This document shows positions 24,014-39,000 of a DNA stretch of 64,000 nucleotides, piece by piece (within the stretch, counting starts at the first letter, position 1; the number at the start of each line of letters is the position of its first letter). The translations under genes were made by a program, and so were the position numbers. The notes beneath the pieces are model-generated. The model was not told the origin of the DNA and did no database searches. It was given only the letters and a program-made list of their open reading frames with translations. Source of the DNA: Guillardia theta CCMP2712 (lineage: Eukaryota; Protista; Cryptophyta); the NCBI RefSeq assembly GCF_000315625.1, contig NW_005434646.1:542966-606965 (forward strand). The letters are read 5' to 3'.

Positions 24014-27000
24014 TTAATCAGACAGCAGAGTCTTGAGCATCGACTCCACATCGTCAAGCTTTGCGCTCAAGTCCGACTTCTTCATCAATTCCACCCAAGT
24101 GCTTCTGGCTGGTCCTTCACTCGAGATGATCTTGCCGAGTTTGAGGTCCTCAAGCTCTTTGAGCAGCGCCTTCTCTCGCTCACTCTCCATCGTCTCTATT
24201 TCCTTCGCGCTTGCAATCTTCTGCTGGTAGACCACGTGCTCCGCCTGCAATGCCAGCGCAAAGAGTCAGCCGGGAACAAGGCAAGCAAACCCTCTCACCT
24301 CCAGGTTCTGTGGGGCATCCGCTCCCTGCTCGTCCTTTGTTGGACTTATCCCCAAGATTTCCTACGAGGACGTTTGAGGTGTGAGAGGACAGGACATTGC
24401 GATATACCTGAAGTTGTCGGGATGGAGACGTCTTCTGCGGCTTGAAGCGAGTTCTCCTCTGCCCTCCTCCCTGAGCGCTCGTGGTAGCTGCATCAGGTTC
24501 TGCATTCAACGACTTCCCCAAGCTCTGCTTCAACCATTGCCCCCCGGCTTTCTTGGCGTTGTCCAACGTGCTCTGCAGTCGGGTCTCCTGTCTCTCCTTT
24601 AACCTACGAGCCAGGAGCTGATGCTGCCTGTGCCTCTCATCGTCTATCGCCAACAACAAGGTTTCTGTCTCCTCCTCGTGCTCTCGCTGTATGTCTTCAC
24701 GAGTTTGAGGGGTCGTGCTGCCCGACAGCACAATCGATGACATAGTTTCCTCATGGAGCTGACGAATCCTTTGTGCGCCTCTCGTAGCAAGCTCCTTACG
24801 CTTCTGTTCGAACATCTCCCTTTCCATCTCCTGCTTGTTCTTGTACTCCATCTCCATCTTCTCTATCTGCGATTGCAGGGCAGACAGTTGATCGCTCGCT
24901 GCTTCCTCCAACTTCTTATCATCCGCTGGAATACCAATTGAGTCCGTTGATGCGCTTCCGTACCTTGACTTCTCTAGATCAGCTTTCTCTCTCTCCTGTT
25001 TCGTCTTCAGCTCCAAGATCTTGTTCTCATGCGTCTTCTCAAGCAACATCACTTCACTCTCGTTCCCTCCTTGCAGTCCTTTTGCCTTGGCCTTCACGAT
25101 CTCAGTCGCTTGGGCTGCTTGCACCTGCTGAAGTTCCTCGTTATGGAAGTCTCGTAGCAGTTTCCTTGCCTCTGACTCTTGCCCATCTGAGAAAATTTGT
25201 TGGAATTGCTGAATTTTGCTATCGCGGAAATTGTCTTTGAGAGATGTTTCTTGTGCAAGCATAACTTGATTCACTCCCTCCATGTGGTCCAAGCCTTTCT
25301 TCGCTTGCATTCTCTTCTTCAATTTCCTCTGCTCGAGCTTCTCCTTCAGGTCATTGTCAATGGAAGCTTTCTTTGCCATCGCCTCCTGCTCAAGATTACG
25401 AAGCCTCTCTTCGTGTTGCTTGATAAGGATTTCTCTTTCTGCAGACGACATCTTCTTTGATGCATTTTCCATCTCTTGCATCATTTGCTTCTTTTTACGA
25501 TCAAATTCTTCCATGCGTGCGGCTTGCTCCAATCGCATCTGCTTCTCAAGCTCTTCTTGCTCTCTCTTCATCTCGTTCTCAATCTTGCTCTTTTCCGCTT
25601 CATGCTTCTCCTTCAATTCTTTCCGTACTCGTTCTCGTTCTCCAGAAATTAGAACCATCTCGGCTTCAAAGGCCCTCCTCTCCTCTTCCAATTTCTTGTG
25701 CAGCTCGACGTTCTCAAAGTCGTCTGGGTTTTCATTCTCGTCCATGACTTCATCGCCACTGTCATAGTCGCCATTTGCAGAAGTCTGATTTACTTTGCTC
25801 TCAGACAAGATCTTCTCAGCTACCTCAATTTGCTCGCACATCTTCAAACTCAGTTCCTCGTCATGCTTTCGCTTCAATTCTGAAGCTTTCTTGGCTTTCT
25901 TTTGTGCCAACTTCTCTTGCAGAGCCTTCTCCTGCTTTTGCTTCTCAATCTCCGCTTGGTGTCTCACATGATCAAGCCTAGCATCTGCTTCCTTGAGGAG
26001 CCTCTCTCGTTCAGCCGCGTCGGTAGCGACGACTTCAATCTTCTTCATCTCTTCTTGCTTTGCCTCCTCCAATCTCCTGTCCATTTCGATCACAATTCTT
26101 GCGTTTTCTCGTTCTTTCTCGATCTCCAAATCATTGTCGACTTGCATCAATTCTGTCTCAATTTGCTTGACGTGACTTTGTTCTAATAATTCTAATTCTA
26201 CTTTTTGCTTGTTCCTGATCTCCTCCTCGATATGTTGTAGTCTCGCACGCTCTTGCAGCTTCTCGGCTTTCTTTCTCTTTCTTTCTTCGATTTGAAGCCG
26301 TAACTCATCAGTCTTCTTTTGCTTTTCGATTTCCATGTAGGACTTCAACTTCTGCAGATTTTCTTCGTGCTCTTTCACAAGCTTTTCTCTCTCGGCCTCT
26401 GATAAATCTTGGGATTGCTGAGCTTCTAAGATCTGCTGCCGCGACTCTGCCAGGAGCTTTTCTTCTTCGGAGGAGAATTTATCTAGGAATGCCGCCACCT
26501 CTTTCTCTTCCTTTGCTTTGTAGACTGAGTCTAGATTGTCTAACGAAACCTCAGTCACCTTGGCTGTTTCTTCAACTCCCAGTTGCTTCAGCTCCTTTGC
26601 TTGCATGGTCTCAATTTGTCGTTTCTTCTTCAGCCGACGAGTCTGCAGCATAGACTCGAGGTTCCCGACTTGTCTTGCGGCATCCAGCTGCATCTGCTGC
26701 TTCATCATCTTGATCTCGTCCTCATGATTTTTCAGGAGTCGCTCACGATCTTCGTCTGAGTAGTTGTTGGTCTGCAGCTGCTGCTTGAACTCGTTCTTCG
26801 TCATTTCTATCGACGAATTCATCCTCTGCTCGAGCTCGGATCGAAGACTTTTGATCTCCGATTCTGCACTTCGAAGGAGATTCTCATACTCCCTCGCCTT
26901 CTCCTCCTCATGCCGAAGCATTGACGCGGAGATCTCATTCAGGTTTGCAACTTCTGCTGCAATCTCTTCAAGGGGCGTCTCGGTCTCCGCAAGGGCTTTT

Positions 27001-30000
27001 GCCTTGGAATGCTGGGCAGTCAGCGAAGACAGCTTCTTCGCTTTCCGCTCGTTGAGACGTCTGCGGAGATCTTCCTCGGTCTTATTCCTTGCAACCCCTT
27101 GCTGTAACTTGACCTTTTGAATGGCGATGTCGTGCTCGTCCAGCATCCGCTGGCGAAGGTCGGGATCGTCCGTCGCTGCGATGTTCGAGAGAAGTTTCAT
27201 TTCCATCAGATTGCGTTGCGCTTCCTCTTGTTCTGACTGTGCGCGAATGAAATCCTGAACCTCCGACTGCTGCTGTTGCCACAGCGCGCTTTCTATCCTT
27301 GTTTCTTCTTCCAGGTGTTGAACCAAGAGATTCGCACTGAACGCAACTTTCTTGGCGAGTTCATCATCATCGGTATTCTGTAATAAGACGCTCGTTTCTT
27401 CTTTGTGAATACTCTTCAAGTTTTCTAACATCTTAGCTTTTTTCTCCGCTAGTTTCTTGTTGAACTCCGCAAGCTGCCGCTCTTTGTCGATTTCAAGCTT
27501 GCTTTGCAGTGCTTCTCTTTCTTTGTCATGATTGTCCAATAGTTTTCTTCGTTCTTCATTGTCTTCAGTTGTCTCAATTTTCTTGAGGCAAATCTCATCA
27601 AGTCCTCTCAGTTCACTTCGATTTTTCATTTCTAGTTCCTGTCGATAAGATTCGATGACAATAGAAGCATATGCTTGGTGTGCAGATTCAAGATTGATTA
27701 TTTGTTCAGCTTGTCTGGTCTTTGCTTTTTCCAACCTACCTTCCTTCGAATCTTCGCTCGAAACAATGTTCGATTTTGATGCATTCGTCCTAGGTGTCAG
27801 AGCCTTTGCCTTTTTCCACAGCGAACGTGCCTCTTTCCGAGGGGCATTGGCACGGAGTAGACTGAGCTTACGATTCTTTTCTTCTTCGCTCTTCATCTCG
27901 ATATCTGAGATCCGGTTGAATAGCGCTTTCTTGTTGTCAAGGTCCAACTTATCATGCATCCGCTCATGCTCATCGATCATTGAGTCTACCATTGACTCAT
28001 TGAAGTCAGCACTGTTTGCAAGAGTTTCAACGATCTGCATCTTGGTTTGAGAGAGCTTTTCCAGGAGGGCTTTGACATTGTCTTGCAGTACTCCTTCAAC
28101 TTGTGCGATCGTGGAGTTGTCCAAAGCCATTTTGATCTTCAATGCAGCATCATCCGCAGGGGTTGCTTCTCCGTTTTCCATCTTTTGTTTCAACTCCTCA
28201 TGATTTGAGTTTTCTTCGAAGTGTTTTCGCAGCAACCTGTCAAAGTGTTCTGCATACATGTTTGCATAAGTTTTGAGTACTTTGTTTCCTTCACTTCTCA
28301 GAATAAACTCTAGTAACTCTTCTTGCAAGCTGAATTGATTCAGAAGCATTTGCTTCTCTGTCTCATCAGCTGCAAGTTGACTTTTGTTCTTAACATTCTG
28401 GAAGTGAGCTCGAAGGGTATTGTTGTACGATTCTCGAAGCGCGTCTGCAAACGCCCTTGCACCGGACATGATGTCTCCTCGAATTTTTTCAACTTCTTGT
28501 AAGTTCGTGGGCTTATATTTCTGCACATACTCTTGAGAAATAGCATTTAGCCTTTGATCAAACTCCTCCACGAACGATTCAACATTCAAGTAAGCGGTTG
28601 AATCTATGGCGTCCTCCGTCCTCACTTTTTCACCTTTCTTTTCTTTCTTCGACTTCTTGATTGACGACTTGGCGGCCTTGGGCTTCTTGAAGACGGCTGG
28701 TTGACTCTCGTCCATCTGGTTGTCCGCAGCCTCTCCCTCCCCGGCATTGGACATGTGCGACAAAGCATCCAAGAGCTGAGAGGCATCGAGTGACGCCAGG
28801 TTGTAGTGGATTGAACTGCCATGAAAACCGCGGAGATTGGATTCAGGGACAATCTGAAACGTGGAAGGGTCCCTTCTGACCCCAGCGATAGGAACGACAT
28901 GGCCGGTGACAGAGTCTCTCATTCTCCCTCCGATCGTTGCAGGTCGAACAATGCCGGCAATGGGGTCCATGACTGTACAACCAAGACCTTCGCAGAGTCT
29001 TGTGTCTCTGTCCGTCTCGAAGTCAAGAATTATGATCTCGTTCCTTGCACTAGAGTCGTACATCTTTCCTCCCTTCAGCAGTGGGAGGTCCTCATTCAGT
29101 ACTGGATCCAATCTCATCCCCATCACTCCTCCTTGCTCTTGTAGGAATTTCTGATGAACCACAGCGTCCTGTGACTTTGAAGTGAATTGAAAAAACACTG
29201 CATCACTTTTCGCTTTCACGCTGAACAGATCTTGTAGTTGTGCACGTAAGTCGGATCTAACTTTGAACAACTCTGCCTGAAGAGACTGGATCTTCTCCAT
29301 CGGTGATCCACGTTGCATTTGACAAGATCGCACTACACTTTCACACCTTTGCAACAATTCTGTCTGCATGTCAGCCTCCACTTTCTTGATGGATCGTTCT
29401 AGGTAATCAGGTACAAGCAAAGTCCGCTTGAAGTTGAAGGGATCACATATGCTCCTTGATATCTTCTGTGTTTGGCTGGAAAAGACGTCACAGAAAGGTA
29501 GGCCTGGCAAAATTGCGCGGTGTTCTTCAGTTCCATGGTCGATATACCTGAGAGAGAAAGTCAGAAATATCTCAAACACGCAAATAAATCTTACTTGCCA
29601 CCCAACGGAACAACTTTGTAGAGTTCGTGATCGATCTTGATTCCAGTTATGATATGTACCTCCTTGTTTTCAGAAGACTCGAACAAGTCTCCATATCGAA
29701 TCGGTCTCAAAAGACGAGTCTCAGGATCTTGATATGATCCTCCCACAGCAATCAATTCCTTGGTTATGTGATCGAAAGTTACACCCAGAACAGGGACGCG
29801 AAGTCCTGTACAGGGATCGATCATAGTCCTCGAAGAATTCAGAGGCCATCCCTTGTCAATTGTAGGTATAAGGTGGGCATATGTCCCACAAGTGTGCGGA
29901 AAATTTTTACCATCTTTGGGCTGTGGATTACAAAAGTAAGGTATGAAACCAGATGTAATACAATGTCTGTGGAGTTGAAGGGAACAAATGAACTGATTCG

Positions 30001-33000
30001 TGCTCAAATCTAAGAACACGTTACCTTCTACTGGAACGACTGAGCAAGTGCCCGGAAGAATGCAGCAATTGGTCGGAACAAAAAGAACTTGACCGGCTCC
30101 AGTTCGCATTTTGGAACCTCTCTTTGGAATCAAAAGCTTTGTTATGTTATCAATCTCAACTACTTCAAGATTTGGAGCGCCATCATGATTATACAAATGA
30201 TCCTTTGTCATTTGGTTTCCAGCAGAGTCTATCAGGCAAGCTCCAACTTTTGGATCAGAATTGTCAGCAAGCTGAGATTCGAGACTTTGAACTTTTCCGA
30301 AGGCTGAGTTTAGAGCTTCGAGACTTTCTGTATTCCATACGCTGATCAGTTGGTCCAGCGATTTGAAGAATAAGTTGTAGTGCTGAGATACTTTGGAGTA
30401 ATGCTCGATTCTGATGTTTGAAACCTGCTTGTTGCTCTCCAGAAGAGTCGAATGCAAGTGAAGGCCAACCTCTCCCACAGCCTTGCGTCGCCTCACCTCT
30501 TTGAAAAGCTCATCTTTCCTCCTATCTGCAAGCATCCTATCATGTTGAGAAAATCCACTGGGATGCTTATCATCTAGCAACTTACGGAGATTCATGGTCT
30601 CACTTGACAATTTGTCATAGAATTCTTTAGCATCACGCTTTTGCTCAGTGAGCTTTTCCGTTACAAAATGAGCTTGGTCTTGGAGTTTATCAAAGAGATA
30701 GTCTGCACGAAATCCTTCAATGTTTACATAGTCTGTGAATTCATCGACTTCATCGAGAGTTCTATTTTTGCTGTAAGGATCCTGATTTGAAGCCAAGGAT
30801 TTCAATGCTTTGCTTGAGGCTAACTTTCGATATTTAGGAACTTGGTTGTTTTGGAAACCCCATGCTGCCCTATTTCTGTAATAGACCAAGGCACAGCTTA
30901 TCGCAGTAATGACCAAGAAGCCCAGCATGACATTCGTGATCAGATCATAGTTGGGAGCTATCACCTGTTGTTGTTGTCCTGCTGGAAATGAACTTAAAAT
31001 ATCTGCAGACAACGGTTGAATCGTGTTGTATTGGAATGGACGAGGACAGTCAAGAACCGGATCAACGACTCCAACAACAGTCTGTTTTGACACGTCGCCA
31101 GCATCTCTGAAGACATATATTCCAGGCTGATCGAAGGCATGAAAGAACGTAGTCAGGTTGCTTCCCTTCTTGACTTTGTCCGCAAGAACCACAAAAGCAC
31201 CGTAATCAAATGTTGGATTTGTGTTGAACAAAGAGTCGGGCACATATTCAGGGTAATGGTTAATTCCATTGAAAGACGTGATTGTCCATATAACACCATT
31301 TCCCGTTTTGACGCAGAGCACGGGCGTTTGCACTCCAGTCACTTGAGCATTGTCTATGGGGACTGCACGTAGCATCGTTTTATGACCCCTCAAGTAACTT
31401 CTCCGTCTTATGCTCTTGACATGATACTGCGCTGAACCAGGCAGCAGCACGTCACGAGGCACTTCATGATACGTATCAAACGATTCTTCTCGTCGCCTCG
31501 CGAGGGTTGCTTGAACTTTTGCTACACAAACGTTATCAGAATTCAGCTGACACTCCGTCAATCCTAGTTGTTCAAAAAAACTCAAGGGAGCATCAAGCAA
31601 ACCAGTAAAACCATCCTGCGAAGTTCCTACAAAATTCGCGTTTGATCCTTGGCTTGATTGGGTAGAAGGAAGGAGATAAAAGGTCTTGTTTGTCCCTTCT
31701 GTGATTGATAGGATACTATTGCCCTGATTGTCAGTGATGATCTCAAAAGACTTAGATTGTGAAACCACATTTGGATCAGCACATTTCAAGTTGTCACTTC
31801 CCACCCTACATTTGCAAACGCACACTACCATTGCACCAATGGTGGCGTCAACCTGGAAGGAAATCAGTAACTCATGATATCGATACAAACGAGAAGTACC
31901 TGTAGCGTCTCAGCCTTGGGATATTGAAAATCAGGGCATGAACTATTGCATACATCCACACCTCCAGCATCACAGTAGCATGGAGGAGATTCACAACTTG
32001 AATCAGGACAAGATTGCACACATGATCCACTTTGGCTCCGGAGTTGATTGGCTGCACATCGTGGCATGATTAAAGGTTCGCAATCCAAAATACCATCCGT
32101 CATGGCTTCATCCGGTTGTGCCCCTCCAGCACTGTTGTATACCGTCGTGTTTGGCATACATCTGCACGCACTGTCGAAGGGTTGAAACACACGATTTTTA
32201 CCCTTGCATTGACATTCGAGGCTATCATTCCGAGAAATAGCACTCCCCCCACATGGAATACACAAAGGCTGACCTGTCTTGTTGTTGAAAGAATTTGAAG
32301 GACAGGGTAGGCACTCGTCTAAGTTGCTGCCTCCAGTCTCTTGACGAAATGTGCCACGTGGACATGCATTTGGCTGAGAGGAACCTTGTGGGCAGTAAAA
32401 CCCCGAAGGACAAATCTCACCTCTATCCCGTGTCAAGCTACGAGGATCCCCTCTGGTAGTATTTCCGTAACAGACGTATCCAGCAAAGCAGGGTTCGCAC
32501 AGGAGTCTCGATATATGCGCTCCGAAAAATCCAGGTGGGCATGGGATACAGGAATCCTCCACAGCAGAGAAATTGGTAGTTTTCCCTTCAACAACACGGG
32601 TCCCAAGTGGACAAAGTGTGGGAAGGAAAGATTTTGCGGGGCAGTAAGTCCCGGGCGGGCATAACTTAGGACTTATTGCGGTACCCTCACAGTAAGTCGC
32701 AGGTGGGCATTCCAGAGGTGTTGAGACGTTACCCGGACAATAAAACCCTCCCTCACAAGCTTTCCCTTTGCTTGACCCTGCAGGACAATAGCTTCCTGCT
32801 GGACAAGGAATAGGAAAGATTGATCCCTCCGGGCAATACATTCCTGCATCGCATAGCTGACAGTGTTCCAATTGAAAAGCACCTGGATTTGATCTATAGT
32901 AGCCTGCAGGACATGGCATTTCCTTGGATACCCCTTCTAAGCAGAAGCTTCCGGCCGGACATAAAATTTGGGTGCTTGAATTCTCCTGCGGACAGTAGTA

Positions 33001-36000
33001 GCCTCTATAATCCTGTCCATTATCCATCAGCTGGCCGCATACCAAACAAGATTGGATGGATGTTTGTCCCAATTTGGGATTGAAGTAACCTGCTGAGCAT
33101 GGTTTTGGTGATGAAAACAATCCACAGTACTTGTTTGAGCAGTTGCTTGCGCTCATGTTGGAGCTTGTATTAGAAACAATCACCCCTGGACAGAAAAAGC
33201 CTGCCGCACATGGTTTTGATAGAATACTCCCTATATCGCAAAACTCTCCTTCAAGGCAATGTATACAGTCACAAATTGATCGTCCAGGAAATCCCGGGTC
33301 CTTGCTAGATAAACGAGTTCCCGCTGGGCAAGGCAACGGAGACTTTGTACCTTCTGGACAATAGTGCCCCTCAGGACAGAATCCGTTAAATTTCCCAGGA
33401 ATCGTACTCTGTCTGCACTCATTTGAAGCACCTGGATCAGCACAACTGGATCCTGCACTGCACAAGTAGCCAGAATAACACTTTCCTTTGATCTCTCCAT
33501 TTCTGCACCATAGTCCTGGTGGACATTCTTGACATTGTTCAACGCTCGACAAATTCTCAATTGCTCCATAGAAGCCATCTGGACATAGTTTTGGCGTTGA
33601 ACCTTGATTGCAGAAGTACCTCACTGGACAAGGAATAGTGGAATTGGAAAATCCATCACCTTCGTGATTTTGTAAACAAAGCTTTCCTGAAGGACATGGC
33701 AAGCATTGGCTTTCCATGACGAAGGGTTGATAAACATCACAAACTAAGCCACTACTATCACTTGATTCCGATGAATGACAACATCTTATGGCCCGTGGTG
33801 ATTTTTGCACACATTTATGACCAGATGGACAAAAGTATTGCATTGGGCTACCATTGTCAAATCCTGCTTCTATCTTAAAACTTCTGACATTTGCACCAAT
33901 TTGACAAATATCTGCAAATGAGAAGTTCTTGAAAATGTCATCAATTTGAGCAAAGAAAGGTGCATATGGGCAATAGAAATCCGCAGCGCAATCCTGAATT
34001 TCCCTTGCAGTAGATGCAAACGTAGCGCAGAATTGGCCCGCAGGACAAGGGATGCATTCAGAGGGTCCTCGACCGTGATCGTGGTCGTTGTATGTTCCAG
34101 GTGGACAAGGAATCGGAACTTGAGACCCGGCAGGACAAAAGTATCCTTTTGGGCACATGGATTGATTGCCTTGTGGTGCTGATACAACGGATCCGCTTGG
34201 ACACAAATATCCAGCCTGACAGATTCCTGTTGGTTCGGATATCCCAAGCGAAGCACAATACATCCCCACCGGACAGGATAGACATTGCCCCACGTCCACG
34301 GCACCTAATTCAGGCCCATATGTCCCTCGGGGACAAGGAATCGGAGAGTATGGGTGCGCAAACGGACAATAATGTCCCCGTGAACACTTGGATACATTGA
34401 TTCCGTCGTTTGACATCAGTCCAGCTGGAACTTGTAGGCAATGATCTTGTTCAGCTGAAGGTTGATACATTCCGAAAGGGCATGCTATCGATCTGTTGGT
34501 TCCCGCAAGGCAGAAGCGGCCAGGAGGACAAGGGCCTCCATACTGGGAGGTGTTCATGGGTCTGGGCTGCCAAGAGCCTCCCGCACAATAAAATCCTGCG
34601 TCACATTGTCCAAATATCTTTTCAGTTTCTATAAAGCATTGAGAGAAGTTTCTGACACCACCTCCACATGCACAACATTCTCTGCTGGAAGGAATCTCAA
34701 GCGAAGAGTTGGGGATTATGCATAGTATAGGATTTGATTCATATCTGGCACAATTGTTTGTTGTATTTTCGGGAATATCATCAATACAGGAGAATATATA
34801 TTTTGAATGGCAGACAATATTTGATTGATTAAAATTGATGCCTCCAAAGTCATAATAGTTGGTTGAGCTGTTTCCAGACGTGGCATTGTCAATGGTTAGA
34901 AATCGTGAAAAATTCGTTCTGACTCCGAGGGCAACGATGCCTGATATGTTTGCATAGGAGCCGGCTTTGACAAGCTGACATTTGACTGAACCTAATGTCG
35001 AGGAATACGACCCAGGTTTACAAAGCCTTGGCCAACCAGATCCTTCTGGACATTCAAATCCTTTTGGACAAATATTTGATGGGAGACTTCCACTCGTGCT
35101 ACCATTCGGACAGAAATAGCCCGCGCTGCATGTACCGTTCACCTGTGACAATCCTGTGGCGTTACAGAAATGTCCAGGAGGACAGAGAATGCACGAATCA
35201 ATGTCTTTCGAGGCCATTCTTGGATTATAGCAACCTTGTGGGCAGGGTCGAGGAAAAATCGTCCGAGATGGGCAATAGTGACCTGATGGACATAAAACAG
35301 CTCCAGCGGTATTCGCATTTGCTATTGGATCGTCAGCTAGTAACTTCTCAACGCCTGGACAATATATTCCGCTAAAACATGATTTGCAAGATGATTGACC
35401 AAGATCATCTTGATAAGTTCCTGGAGGACACGGTGTTGGAGTTGGGCACTGGGCTTCACAGAAATGTCCTTTTGGACAAACTCTGTCAGGACTGTCCCCA
35501 ACAAAACTTCCTGCAGGACAGAAATACCCTACTGGGCAAGGAAACCTCTCACCAAGGCAATCTTGCACGTTTTGACCTGCTGCACATTGCGTGTTTGAAG
35601 ATGGACAATAGAAACCTGCTGGACATGCTACACAAAGACTAGAATCCTCATTACCCAGTGTGATAGAAGCTGTGCCTTTTGGGCAAGGTATCGGAGAAAT
35701 GCTTCCCTGTGGACAATATTTACCGACCGGGCAGAGAATTCCACTTAGCATTCCGGGATCAGGGCAATAAAACCCTGCTCTGCACGGCCCTGTGACATTC
35801 TCAAACCCAGATCTTTCACAGTAATATCCTGAAGGGCAGATTAAGGGATGCGGAGATGCTCGTGGGCAAAAATATCCAGCTGGACAAATGCCTCCACAAC
35901 TCCAGTTTTGTTCTAGATGTAGTAAGCGTTGATCGCATGATAGCGCTCGCTCGTCCGCAGACCCTCCGGTACAGTACCATCCTGCTTTACAAGGCCCGCT

Positions 36001-39000
36001 TGGAGCCGTGAGCCCTGTATCGTTGCAGTACATCCCAGCAGGACAGCTCGTGCACTGCGACACATTTGCAAGCCCCTCCTGCCCTCCGTACGTGCCCCGC
36101 GGACACCGTCCGGCCTCAAGGTTCTCCATGCCTTCCGGACAGTAGTGCCCCAAGGGACAGGTCAACTTGGCAATAGATGTTGTCCCTGAGCAAAATGATG
36201 CTTCCTGAAATGTGACATACGCATTAGCTTCATTAATTCCTTGACTTACGGCTAACATCGTATCATTTGTATAAAACAGTACCAAGTTGCTGATTTGAAG
36301 CGAGAGGTTCGTTTGTTCCATTTCAAGTTGATCTCCTTCACTGTTGAGACGGGCCATGAAAAGACTACTGTAATTTGATGACGAATCACGAAGCTGTTGA
36401 CCAGTCACAAAGATCTCGTCGAAGTCCTTTATGCACATGCTCGACGCTACACTCTCAAGCATACTTTTCAATGGTGTGGTCCACAACAAGCTGCCGATGG
36501 GACTAAATTTGGAAACGAAAGAGATCATGTGGACATTGGTTGAGGAAGTACTGTTGCTAGCATTCGAGTCTTTCAACTGGTAAGAGTTTGTCAAAGTTGC
36601 TGTACCAAGAATGTAGAAGAAACCTGAAACATCTGCTAACGAACTCAAAACAGAGCAGCTGTAGTCATTTCCAAACAGAGAATGGGTGTGTGAAAAAGTA
36701 ATGGATCCATTCAAGTCAAAAGTTATCAATTTGAACTGACAATTGTTTTGCACAAGACTACCAATGAAGCCGTCGCCTTTGAGACTTTTTGTCAGCACGA
36801 TACTTCCCGATATTCCGTAGACATCTAGTGGCATGGACCACATTAATCGACCATTTTTGGTGAATGCAAACAGCCTAGTATCGTTGAAATTCAAATTTGT
36901 TGATGAAACGCAAAAAAGCAATCCATTTTCGAATGTAGCTATTCGAATCTTGTCTGAATTTTGACTGATCGGAATCTCCTGATTCCAAGAGTTTTTCGCT
37001 TCATTATCTATGCTCCCAATCACAACGAAGCTAATATTTTTCTTGAAGGCATAATAGATCGTCGAATTGTGATCAGTGGTCAATTTCAATGATTGCAGAT
37101 CAAATGTTCCCAGGAAAAATTTCCATTTTACGATCCAGTTCAAATCAAATTTATACAGACAGAATTGGTTGGCGGAAAAAGATTCACACAACCCTGGAGC
37201 AAAAAGATTACCATCAGATGAAAACGATATTGGCGTTTCATCCAATGAAAGGGTAGCACTAGGAATAGAAATACTCACAGGGTTTTGAAAAATTCGTTTT
37301 GTCAACGGAGGACACTCATCAAAAACAAGTGACGAGTAGGCAACATCTGCCTGAAAAGAAATGATGCCAGAAAACCGACAGGCGTATCCAGCAGGGCAAG
37401 CAGCGCAACTCGTCTGATTCGTTGCCTGGTTATATGTACCTGGTTGGCAAGGAACTGGTGCAGTGTTTCCTCCTGCACAGTAGGTCCCTGGAGGACACGG
37501 CAGTGGCTTTGAGCAACCACTTACACAGAATTGACCCGGCAGACAAGAAAAGAGTGATTGGTTTGAAGACAAAGGGCTCACATTCATCCCTTGAGGACAA
37601 AATCTTCCAGCTGGACAGATTCCGGTAGGTACAGTTTCCGCGCGATTCAGACAATACTTGCCGACAGGACATATGCTACACTCAATTTCCAGTACGAGCC
37701 CGAGCGAGCTGCTGTATGTGCCGATGGGACACGGAGTAGGCGACGAGCTGTTCGACTCGCAGTAGTATCCTGCTGGACATACCGTCGGCGTGATGGTCCC
37801 TGGCTGTACGCATGCTTTCCCGCTCGGGCACCCCTGGCAAGCGGCCAGCCCTGGTGAAGGCCCGTACGTCCCGGGGCTGCAAGGATGTGCAACGCTGGTT
37901 CCAGAAGGGCAGTAGGACCCCGACGGACATAGGACAGTGCCGTCTGGTCCGGAGGCTGAGAGCGTACCGGGACAGAAGTATCCAGGCTTACACACCTTGC
38001 AGGCGCTCTGGCCTACTTGATCTTGGTAGTAACCTGCATGACACGGCTCTGGGTCTATGGAGTTCTCAGGACACGCATGTCCAACATAGCAAGCTTTTAG
38101 ATTGTGGGGTTTGGAACTATCTCTCCAAAGCCGCAGCTGGGCAAGTTTGTGGTATGCTAGTGTTCTCTGTAGGACAGAAGTATCCTGCCGAGCAGCTTTG
38201 GCAATCATTTACAGTTTGGCTCAGCACAACCCCAGAAAATGTTCCTGGCGGACAACTGGTTGGTTGTACAGTTCCGACCGGACAGTAGAATCCCGGTGGG
38301 CAGGGACCGAAGCCTGAAATTGTTCCGTTCGGCCGTGCTTCGAATCCTCCCNNNNNNNNNNNNNNNNNNNNNNNNNNNNNNNNNNNNNNNNNNNNNNNNN
38401 NNNNNNNNNNNNNNNNNNNNNNNNNNNNNNNNNNNNNNNNNNNNNNNNNNNNNNNNNNNNNNNNAAAGAACCCAACCTTACATTGATCTCCACAAAGACC
38501 ATTGATCTCATTTGACAACGAAGAAAACAGTCGTTGTTCGCATGATAGCGCTCGCTCGTCCGCAGACCCTCCGGTACAGTACCATCCTGCTTTACAAGGC
38601 CCGCTTGGAGCCGTGAGCCCTGTATCGTTGCAGTACATCCCAGCAGGACAGCTCGTGCACTGCGACACATTTGCAAGCCCCTCCTGCCCTCCGTACGTGC
38701 CCCGCGGACACCGTCCGGCCTCAAGGTTCTCCATGCCTTCCGGACAGTAATGCCCCAAGGGGCATGTAAAATTCAGGTGTTCAATTACTCCCTGACATGA
38801 TGAGTCAGAATTGATTTTGATCAAACTGGAATGAATTTGCGTACTGGTTGACCACTCTGAGTCCAAAGCATGACTACCCACAAGAACAAAGATGTTTCGA
38901 GCTGACAATGCGACATCTGTTCTATTTTGCATGTAGCCCAGAGGTACTTCAATCGTGAAGATAAGGTAACCTGCATTGCTGTATTTTTGAACAAATACTA

